A stretch of DNA of 64,000 nt, taken from the NCBI GenBank assembly GCA_950097015.1, contig CATNEN010000001.1, positions 10,912,001 through 10,976,000 of the forward strand, given 5' to 3'. The notes below the pieces were generated by a model. That model was given only the letters and a program-made list of their open reading frames with translations. It was not told the DNA's origin and made no database searches. Source of the stretch: Macrostomum hystrix. Its lineage: Eukaryota; Animalia; Platyhelminthes. Shown in pieces: positions 50,914 through 61,171 of this stretch. Position numbers and translations under genes: made by a program. How positions within the stretch are numbered: position 1 is the first letter of the stretch; the number at the start of each line of letters is the position of its first letter.

Positions 50914-53900
50914 ATGTCTGACGATGAAAGCAGCAGCAGCAGCAGCAGCAGTGCATCAGATTCCAATGACAGCGGAGGTCCCATTATTAATGAGCCCAGT
51001 GGCGCCATTGTGTCTCAGCCTCAGCAAGATCTGCCACCGCCGCAGCCATTGCTTGCCGACGGTTCCAGCGACAGTGACAGCAGCGGCAGCAGCAGCGATG
51101 ACAATAAAAGTGGAAGTAACACAGCCGGCACAACCGCTGTGGTAGCTCCGTCTCTTGGGTCCACTTCGCTGCAGCAGACACTTTTTGGTGACGATCTCCT
51201 AAGTAGCGACGACGAAAATGATCAGGCAGATGATGCTGCAAATCGTACAGTTGCGTCCGCTGCTGGAAAAAGTTCCGCTCGAGTTATGTCGTCCTCTTCG
51301 TCTTCTTCGTCATCTTCTAGTTCGAGCTCTTCGAAGAAGGCATCAGCAAAGTTAAAGAAGACAATGCAATCTTCGTCTGACGATGATGAAGCAACTTCGC
51401 CTGTGGCAACCACGGCTGCTGCCGCTGTCAACGTGGATGACAACGAAGCTATGAATGAAGAGCCCGGCCTAGAAGGAGGAGAAGGGGAAGAAGACGAAGA
51501 GGATGCTCAGCCTGTTGAGTCCAGGATAAATGTTGATTTCCCTTTGATCAGAGCCGATCTAGGCCGTGAGATCTACTTTGTGAAGATGCCGAATTTCCTA
51601 ACCGTCGACACCAGACCGTTTGATCCAGCCACCTACGAGGACGCTCTAGACGAAGAGGATGTGGTGGACGAGGAGGGAAGGCATCGGCTCAGGCTGCGGG
51701 TTGAGAACACCATCCGGTTAGTGCTTGTGTGGCTTGGTCGCTGGGTCCTGGGTGAGATTGGTCCTGGGTGAGACGGGTCCTGGGTGAGACGGGTCCTTGG
51801 TGAGACGGGTCCTGGGTGAGATTGGTCCTGGGTGAGATGGGTCCTGGGTGAGATGGGTCCTTGGTGAGACGGGTCCTGGTTGTGATGGGTCCTGGGTTCG
51901 ATTGGGTCCTGGGTTTGATTGGTTCCTGGGTGAGACGGGTCCTAGGTTTGATTGGGTCCTTGGTGAGATGAGTCCTGGGTGAGATGGGTCCTGGGTGAGA
52001 CGGGTCCTGGGTGAGACGGGTCCTGGGTGAGACGGGTCCTAGGTTTGATTGGGTCCTTGGTGAGATGAGTCCTGGGTGAGATGGGTCCTGGGTGAGACGG
52101 GTCCTGGGTGAGACGGGTCCTGGGTGAGACGGGTCCTAGGTTTGATTGGGTCCTTGGTGAGATGAGTCCTGGGTGAGATGGGTCCTGGGTGTGATGGGTC
52201 CTGGGTGAGACGGGTCCTGGGTGAGATGGGTCCTGGGTGAGACGGGTCCTGGGTGAAATGGGTCCTGGATGAGATGGGTCCTGGGTGAGATGGGTCCTGG
52301 ATGAGATGGGTCCTGGGTGAGACGGGTCCTTGGTGACATGATTCCTGGGTGAGATGGGTCCTGGGTGAGACGGGTCCTGGGTGAGATGGGTCCTGGGTGA
52401 GACGGGTCCTGGATGAGATGGGTCCTGGGTGAGATGGGTCCTGGGTGAGATGGGTCCTGGGTGAGATGGGTCCTGGGTGAGACGGGTCCTGGATGAGATG
52501 GGTCCTGGGTGAGACGGGTCCTGGATGAGATGGGTCCTGGGTGAGATGGGTCCTGGATGAGATGGGTCCTGGGTGAGACGGGTCCTTGGTGACATGATTC
52601 CTGGGTGAGATGGGTCCTGGGTGAGACGGATCCTGGGTGAGATGATTCCTGGATGAGATGGGTCCTGGGTGAGACGGGTCCTGGGTGTGATGGGTCCTGG
52701 ATGAGATGGGTCCTGGGTGAGACGGGTCCTGGGTGAGATGGGTCCTGGATGAGATGGGTCCTGGGTGAGACGGGTCCTGGGTGAGATGGGTCCAGTGGGT
52801 AATGGGTCGGTGGGTCATGCATACCAATGTGTTACTATTCATTGTGTTATTATTAAGTGGTTATAGCCTTGTAGTTGGAGCATTTTACTCACGACTTAAA
52901 GTTCGGGTGTTCGATTATCGACACCACTGGAACAATTTGTGTCATTTAGGTAGAGACTTACTCCGAAATGCTTCAATTCACCCCTATCTGTTAAATGGTT
53001 ACCAGCATTGGCTGGGGTAATTAAGGGTGGGTGTGGCGTCCCCACAGTCCATGGACTGAACAGCCGTAGGCAGACTTCAGATGCGCAGCGCAATAGCTGC
53101 GGCTGTGCTGTCGGCTGCTCATCTGGCCCGATAGGGCAGGTGTAATCACTTATTATTCATGAATAGTTTTTTAATTTTCAATACATATCGCCACCCACAC
53201 AAACAGATGGCGCGTTGCTAAGGACGCCGACGGTCGTGAAATAACAGACGAAGCTGGCCAACCGTTACGCGAGAGCAATGCGAAGATGGTGCGCTGGTCA
53301 GACGGCAGTTTGTCTTTGCACCTGGGCGCCGAAATATTCGATGTGCACTCGATGGACACCTCGGCAGATTTTAATCACCTGTTTATTAGGCAGGGCTCCG
53401 GATTGCAGGGCCAGGCTGTGTTTCGCAGGAAGCTGGCGTTTAGGCCGCACAGTACGGCTTCGGCTACGCACAAGAAGATTACTAGATCGCTGGCTGATAA
53501 AAGCAGCAAGCAGCACACCGTTAAGGTATGTCCTCCACTTTGCTGTCTTCTCCGCTTATAGCCATCTGTCTAGTTTCTACCGTCTCTTAATACTTTAAAT
53601 AGGGACGGCCTCATGTCTTTGAGGTCGGGGGTTCGATTCCTGACTCGATTGGTACAATTTGTGTCCTTTAGCTAGGGTCCATGCTTCTGCATTGCTTCTG
53701 TTCATCCAGCTGGTTAATGGGTATCGGCATCAGCTGGGGTAACTGAGGGTGGGCATCTCCCAGTCCATGGACTGAAGAACAGCCGCACGCAGCTTTCTGT
53801 GCTGCACATCAGGTCCAATTGGGTCTAATAAAATAATCGATCTCTTGTTTTATTATCTTCTCTCCTCTCTTCTACCCTCCTACTTTTGTCCTTCCCCGTA

Positions 53901-54673
53901 ATTCTCTACCCCCAGTACACAGATGTTAGATTATCCTCCAACTCTCCCATATCTTCTCTCTCACCTCACCAGGTATATATCCTCTTGGGATTGTCCTTTC
54001 AGCATTGCCGACAGCCAGCGTCAATCATTCCTCCCCGCAGGTACTGCCAATCCTATCGGCCGATCCCGAGCGAGTCCGTCAGGAGGCCTTGCGTCGCGAC
54101 GAGGAGCTTACTAGGGCCAGGATTCGCCGCGAGAATATTCAACGCCGCCGGCGGGAGCGCGGCAGCGGAGCGTCAACCGGCAGCCGGCTGAGTCGCAGCT
54201 TCCTAGAAGCCGGCGGTGGCGATGACGACGAAGAGGAGGAAGGCGTCGGCTCGCTGTCGGCTATCAAACGCAGCTTTCGTCGGCCCAGCTCCGGCGGCGC
54301 CCGGTCGAAGCCACCGAGAAGTGGCCCCATCTATTCTTCCACGTCGTCGTCGGCATCTAGCTCCGGCGATGAAGAAGCTGAAGCAGAGGAGCAGTCCTCT
54401 TTGGCCAGTTCCAATGGCGACGCAGCCGGAGAGAAGAATAAAAAAGATCAAAGCAAAGCCAGGCAAGCCGACAATGACGACGATGAAGAAGATGTTGGAC
54501 CGCAGAGGCCGAAACGAGCCAAGAAGGTCCTGTCGGACGATGATGAGGATGAGATTGACGGCGGAGGAGACGATAAAACTGGATCAGCGTATAAGGCGGC
54601 CGCCGGCAGAAAATCTGTGTCTTCCGGCGATGACAAGGACTCATTATCGTCTTCATCGTCGCTGTCAGATTGA
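50914..54673 (+). CDS. LEO1: RNA polymerase-associated protein Leo1 (PAF1 complex); exons 50914-51716, 53207-53525, 54041-54673; ~584 aa
   Basis: Acidic N-terminus. [76 protein letters not shown] are Leo1-domain motifs. Phases 2 and 0 are consistent. Confidence 0.95.
51742..52792. repeat. 16-bp G-rich minisatellite GGGTCCTGGGTGAGAY in Leo1 intron 1
   Basis: About 65 copies starting ~25 nt after the donor. Confidence 0.95.
52857..53160 (+). mobile_element. tRNA-derived SINE, family 2 (CORE-like), in Leo1 intron 1
   Basis: tRNA-like head with GTTCGATT, TTTGTGTC..CTGTTAAATGGTTACCAGC, GCTGGGGTAA, CAGTCCATGGACTGAA; homologous to 53604-53835. Confidence 0.65.
53604..53835 (+). mobile_element. tRNA-derived SINE, family 2, in Leo1 intron 2
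   Basis: B-box GGTTCGATTCC; shared blocks ACAATTTGTGTC, GCTGGGGTAA, CAGTCCATGGACTGAA; AT-rich tail. Confidence 0.65.
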
Positions 54674-54935
54674 TTGATGCAGTCTGTTTAATCGCGCAAA
54701 CAATTAGCTATTGGAGGCAGCAATGTTCTCCTGTCCTGTGTGCGTCTGTTTAGTTATGCATTTTCACTTATTTCATTTGTTTGTCTAATTATTTTAGACC
54801 CGGTTATATAATTACTAGCTAGCATGCTTATTAGTGTTTTCAAAAATTCAAAACAAGTTATAGTTATTTGTTCTTGGCTTTATGCGTATTTATGTCTATT
54901 TTAATAATATGCACCTGTCTCTAAGATGTGTCACC

Positions 54936-55552
54936 CCTCACAACCTCACAATGTCCCCAACAATAGCTCTCACAATGTCCCTCTCAATGTCCCCCACAAT
55001 AGCCCTCACAATGTCCCTCACAGTGTCCCTCACAATGTCCCCCACAATAGCTCTCACAATGTCCCTCACAATGTCCCTCACAATGTGCCCCACAATAGCT
55101 CTCACAATGTCCCTCACAGTGTCCCTCTCAATGTCCCCCACAATAGCCCTCACAATGTCCCTCACAGTGTCCCTCTCAATGTCCCCCACAATAGCCCTCA
55201 CAATGTCCCTCACAGTGTCCCTCTCAATGTCCCCCACAATAGCCCTCACAATGTCCCTCACAGTGTCCCTCACAATGTCCCCCACAATAGCTCTCACAAT
55301 GTCCCTCACAATGTCCCCCACAATGTCCCCCACAATAACTCTCACAATGTCCCTCACAGTGTCCCTCACAATGTCCCCCCACAATAGCTCTCACAATGTC
55401 CCTCACAGTGTCCCTCACAATGTCCCCCACAATAGCTCTCACAATGTCCCTCACAATGTCCCTCACAATGTCCCCCACAATGTCCCTCACAGTGTCCCTC
55501 ACAATGTCCCCCACAATAGTTCTCACAATGGCCCTTACTATGTCCCTCTCAG
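54936..55552. repeat. 12-bp minisatellite CTCACAATGTCC with higher-order variants
   Basis: Tandem copies downstream of Leo1. Confidence 0.93.
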
Positions 55553-56121
55553 TGTACCGGCAATTCCAGTTTTGGCTCTAATTTCTTCGTATCTGGCATG
55601 GAAGTTCTCAAGCAAAATGACAATTAATTAATTCTCGCTGCTCTAATAAAGCACTGTCTGAATCAGGCTTTTGATGGGTATGAAAATCTTTGAAGAAAAG
55701 TAAACATATAAATGAGCAAAGTAAGACACCTATCTACCTAACAATAATAAAAGCTTTAAAAAAAGTGCCACAATTTCGCACTGCTTCTTCAGTCCAGCCA
55801 AAGTGTCTAACCATGTGTCTCAATTTCCTCCTGTCTGAGAGAATAAAAATTTTTTTTTTCGCTGTACAATGCCAACACAATTTGGGGTGCGTGTATCGCA
55901 TAGCACTACTTGTAGGAGTTTTGTTTTCATGCTCGTTTATTAAGGCCTGATGTTCAATAATACGCTCGTATATTTCTATTAACATTATAATCGTATGGAA
56001 AATACAAATCTACAACTTTCAGCATAAATTCTCTCACTTTGCCGCTTTGTGAAGCTAGCTTTCTTTTTCATTTTTAACCCACTGCTTGCGATAGAACATT
56101 GTCTGTGTCAACCAGTTTTCC

Positions 56122-56758
56122 TCTCTGTCCCAACCTGTCTGTCCAGTCTGTCTGTCCCAACCTGTCTGTCCAGTCTGTCTGTCCCAGCCTGTCTGTCCAG
56201 TCTGTCTGTCTGTCCCAACCTGTCTGTCCAGTCTGTCTATCTGTCCCAACCTGTCTGTCCAGTCTGTCCTTCTGTCCCAGCCTGTCTGTCCAGTCTGTCT
56301 ATCTGTCCCAACCTGTCTGTCCAGTCTGTCCTTCTGTCCCAGCCTGTCTGTCCAGTCTGTCTATCTGTCCCAACCTGTCTGTCCAGTCTGTCCTTCTGTC
56401 CCAGCCTGTCTGTCCAGTCTGTCTATCTGTCCCAACCTGTCTGTCCAGTCTGTCTGTCTGTCCCAGCCTGTCTGTCCAGTCTGTCTGTCCCAGCCTGTCT
56501 GTCCAGTCTGTCTGTCTGTCCCAGCCTGTCTGTCCCAGCCTGTCTGTCCCAACCTGTCTGTCCAGTCTGTCTGTCCCAGCCTGTCTGTCCCGTCTGTCTA
56601 CCCACCCAGCCAGCCTGTCTGTCCCAGCCTGTCTGTCTGTCCCAACCTGTCTGTCTGTCCCAGCCTGTCTGTCTGTCCCAACCTGTCTGTCTGTCCCAAC
56701 CTGTCTGTCCAGTCTGTCTGTCCCATCTGTCTGTCCAGTCTGTCTGTCCAGTCTGTCT
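56122..56758. repeat. CTGT-based compound minisatellite (CCTGTCTGTCCAGTCTGTCTGTCCCAR)
   Basis: Tandem copies ending just before the acceptor at 56785. Confidence 0.9.
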
Positions 56759-56894
56759 TACCGTCAGCTAATATTCTGTTTACAGAGCTGATCACCCGCT
56801 TGGTGGCTGAGTTGCAGCTATAGCAATGCGACGCGCTTTGCACAGCAATCTATAAGGCCGCCTTGATCGCCTCAGAGCTAAGGCTGCATCTCCC

Positions 56895-59800
56895 ATGGAG
56901 GTCAGCGTTGTTGAAGTGTCTGGAGCCGAGAGACTGCGAATGGCGGCTAGTCAGGGTCAGGTCGGACTGGTCGGTGAACTTCTGCGGGCCGACGCGCCCG
57001 TCGAGCCTGATAAGGTAGGCTTCTGACTCAGAGGTCGCGGGTTCGAATCTCGGGTCACTTGAATCCCCAGTGCTTCAGTTCGCTAATATCCGAACGTCCG
57101 ACGTTCAGCATCGTCGGGATATTCAGCGTTTCTTATTGGATTCCCTGGTGAATCGGATAGAGCGGAACATTTTAGCCCGTGTTCTGGATTTTCATGACGA
57201 TTGGTTGAATATCTTAGGAGATGCAGAAAAAAATATTTTTTTGTTTTTTAAAATACTTACGTGGTCGTTCTACTGCTAAAGGGTCACATTTAAACTGCTT
57301 AACTAAACAATTAGCAACACAATGCACTCCATTAATTTGTAGATTACTAACTAATTTGTTGCCTTTTGTTGCAGTCTTTGTGAGATTTTTTTCTTTCCGA
57401 ATTTCAGCATGGAACCCAGTAAGTGCGCTGGAATGTCGTAAAAATTAAGTTGGAATTGGCAGTAAAAATTCTTTCCTTTTTTGGTTGCACTTTTTTAATT
57501 TCATTTTAAACGATTTATTTGACGCTACTAATAGTAAAATAAAGGCTAGTTATATTTTTTATCCGGAATCGCTTTAAGAAGAAGCATATTATGTTTATGG
57601 AAATATTTTAGCTTTATTGCACAATTCTCTTTTAGTTATACCGTTCTGTTTTTCTGCAACATGCACTTTCCTCGTTATTTTTTCACTAATTATACAGTTT
57701 ATTTCAATACAGTTGTAAGATCCCAATCCCAGAGTGTTCAGATCCCAATCAGAGTGTTCAGATCCCAATCAGAGTGTTCAGATCCCAATCTGAGTGTTCA
57801 GATCCCAATCAGAGTGTTCAGATCCCGATCAGAGTGTTCAGATCCCAATCAGAGTGTTCAGATCCCAATCAGAGTGTTCAGATCCCAATCAGAGTGTTTA
57901 GATCCCAATCAGAGTGTTCAGATCCCAATCAGAGTGTTCAGATCCCAATCTGAGTGTTCAGATCCCAATCTGAGTGTTTAGATCCCAATCAGAGTGTTCA
58001 GATCCCAAATCAGAGTGTTTAGATCCCAATCAGAGTGTTCAGATCCCAATCTGAGTGTTCAGATACCCAATCTGAGTGTTCAGATCCCAAATCAGAGTGT
58101 TCAGATTTTCGTTTGTCCTAATAAACTTATTCCTTTCTGAATCTCAGCTATCAGATGTGGGATATTTGAATCCTGTAAAGACAGGAATCTGTTATATCCC
58201 ATCTATATTGCAGAACCCTATTCTATTTTCAATTCTGCCCATCTCCTACAGGATGGGCGCTCACCGTTGCATCATGCTGCCGCAGGCGGACACGCACAGA
58301 TTTGCCGCCTGTTATTGGACTCGTCGCCTGCCATCTCAGCCCAGTTGGCCGCAGCCACCGACGTTGGCGGGTTGACGCCGCTTCACCTGGCTTCTAGGCA
58401 TGGCCACATACAGGTGGTGCAACTGCTGGTCATGGAGGCCCAGGTGAGTGTCTTTGATTACTAATATCATGTGACCTTGTCTAACACTCTACGACATTGT
58501 CTAACACCCTGTGACCTTGTCTAACACTCTGTGACCTTGTCTAACACTCTGTGACCTTGTCTAACACCCTGTGACCTTGTCTAACACCCTGTGGGTCTGC
58601 AGACAGCCAATCTGCGCAGCCAGCGTCATGGCAACTCGCCGCTACACGAAGCCGCCTGGCATGGCTTCTCGCGCACAGTTGAGCTACTATGCGGCGCCGG
58701 GAGCGACGCTAACGCTGAGAATGTTGCCATGGCAACGCCACTACACCTGGCCGTGCAGAACGGTCACAACCAATCCACTAGGGCGCTGCTCTACGCCGGC
58801 TCCGATCCGAATCGACGAAACACGTTCGGCGACACGGCGCTGCACACGGCGGCTCGCTACGGCCACGCCGGTGTGGCCAGGATATTGCTCAGCGCAGGTC
58901 CCGTCACCAGAGTCAACTCTAGGTGAGCATTATCCGGTGATTCAGGACTGCATACTCAGATAATTCAGACCTTATCCTCAGATAATTCAGACCTTATCCT
59001 CAGATAATTCAGACCTTATCCTCAGATAATTCAGACCTTATCCTCAGATAATTCAGGCCTCATCCTCAGATAATTCAGGCCTTATCCTCAGATAATTCAG
59101 ACCTTATCCTCAGGTAATTCAGACCTTATCCTCAGATAATTCAGGCCTCATTCTCAGATAATTCAGACCTTATCCTCAGATAATTCAGGTCTCATCCTCA
59201 GATAATTCAGACCTTATCCTCAGATAATTCAGGCCTTATCCTTAGATAATTCAGGTCTTATCCTCAGATAATTCAGGCCTTATCCTTAGATACTTCAGGT
59301 CTTATCCTCAGATAATTCAGGCCTTATCCTCAGATAATTCAGGCCTCATCCTCAGATAATTCAGGCCTCATCCTCAGATAATTCAGGCCTCATCCTCAGA
59401 TAATTCAGGCCTCATCCTCAGATAATTCAGGCCTTATCCTCAGATAATTCAGGTCTCATCCTCAGATAATTCAGGCCTCATCCTCAGATAATTCAGGCCT
59501 CATCCTCAGATAATTCAGGTCTCATCCTCAGATAATTCAGGCCTCATTCTCAGATAATTCAGGCCTCATCCTCAGATAATTCAGGTCTCATCCTCAGATA
59601 ATTCAGGCCTCATCCTCAGATAATTCAGGCCTCATCCTCTGATAATTCAGGCCTCATCCTCAGATAATTCAGGTCTTATCCTCAGATAATTCAGGCCTCA
59701 TCCTCAGATAATTCAGGCCTCATCCTCAGATAATTCAGGCCTCATCCTCAGATAATTCAGGTCTTATCCTTCTCAATAATAATCAGAAATCGCAATGGTG

Positions 59801-61129
59801 ACTCCGCTCTGCACATCGCCTGTGCCCTGCGTCGCCGCAAGATCGTTCGCATGCTGCTTGAGTCGGGCGCTGATACACTGCTGCGCAATCGACAGAATGA
59901 GACTTCAGCAGATGTAGCTAGAAGAAAAGGCTACGACGATGTTCTTGACATGCTCTACGGCGGCCGGGTCTCTCAACATTATCAGCCCGACCTGCACCAG
60001 CGCCAGCAACCGCGCCAGCAGCCACACCATCTCTACCAGCATCAGCAGCCACAGCAGCAGCAGCAGCAGCAGCCAAGTCTCTACCCGGCTAGAAGCTACG
60101 GTTCCGGTAGTTCAAGCAATGATTGCCATCAAAATTCACAATTTCAGCATAATTTGCACTATCAGCAGCAGCAGCAGCTAATGCTGCCTTCTTCATTGCC
60201 TCAGCAATCACAGTCTTCACCGGCTACTGTTCAACAGCAGCAGCAGCAGCTAGATCAGTCAAAGCCTTCCACAAAGTCTAAGAAGAGCAGAAAGCCATTC
60301 TTTAAATTCTCATTGGCCTCACTCTTTCGTAGAAATAACAGCAGCAAAAAGTGTTCGCCTGCAACTTCCGCTTCAACTGGAACAGCGGGTCTGGACTCAT
60401 CGTCGACTTCATTCGCCGCCGTCGGGCAGCAGCAGGAGCAGGCGCTGACCGTGCCCGCGTTAGCCGCTAGTAGACATTTGCAAGCTGATTGTTACACTGA
60501 CTTTAGCGGAAATCAGCGAATGGCACCGTCTGTGAGTTCAACTATTGCTGCTAGAGCTCAAATTAATGTGTTAGATGCCATGAGTAAATTGAGTAAAGCC
60601 TTCACTGTACTCACTGCTCAGGCCGTTGCGTCCAGCAACTGCACCTGCCACCTGGGCATTCACGCCTGCATCGAGCACGGCTACAAAGAGTGGCACGGAG
60701 GCGGCGGTGGCGGCGTTGGCGCCTTCTCAAACAGGCAGCAGTATCCGTTTTTATATCAGTCTCAAAGGGAGCCGCCGACTGGCTATCATCAGCAACAGCA
60801 GCGGCCTCATCAGTTGCCCCTGCCGCCGCCTCCGCCGCCCCTGCTGCTCTACAGAACTCGCAGTGACGAATCTTTGTCAATGTCCGGCTATAAAGTCAAG
60901 ACTCAGGCTGCCAAGACTAAAATGGCCGCTGCCGCATTGGCTAGCAGGCAGCAGCAGCCGCCAATACCGCAGCCGCAGTTTGGTAGGCGCGGTCCAATAG
61001 CAGCTTCGGCATCGTTAACTGCATCTGAATCTAATTCAGTCACTTCTCCAACATCGCCAGTGTCTAGTAGTAACGGCTTCGGTGCTGTGGCCACGGTGCC
61101 TGTTGATCAGGCCATGGCTTGGCGAAAAG
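56895..61129 (+). CDS. ANKRD6: ANKRD6/Diversin/Diego-like ankyrin repeat protein, 3'-incomplete; exons 56895-57014, 58252-58443, 58603-58922, 59787-60531, 60622-~61129
   Basis: Ankyrin repeats [81 protein letters not shown] follow the ANKRD6 order; downstream [15 protein letters not shown] motif. The frame stays open into the terminal repeat, so the last donor is inferred. Confidence 0.82.
57718..58105. repeat. 20-bp minisatellite AGATCCCAATCAGAGTGTTC
   Basis: About 19 copies. Confidence 0.94.
58470..58592. repeat. 20-bp minisatellite GTGACCTTGTCTAACACYCT
   Basis: About 6 copies filling a 159-nt intron up to its acceptor. Confidence 0.9.
58955..59770. repeat. 22-bp minisatellite TCAGATAATTCAGGCCTCATCC
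   Basis: About 37 copies filling intron 58923-59786. Confidence 0.95.
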
Positions 61130-61171
61130 GTCTGCTTCCGGGGCTATTATTGGACTCCCATCTGTTGCCTT

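Noticed and set aside
57015-57065. tRNA-like fragment with B-box GGTTCGAATC
   Set aside because: No complete cloverleaf or acceptor stem, and the 5' half would overlap a coding exon; probably a SINE-head remnant.
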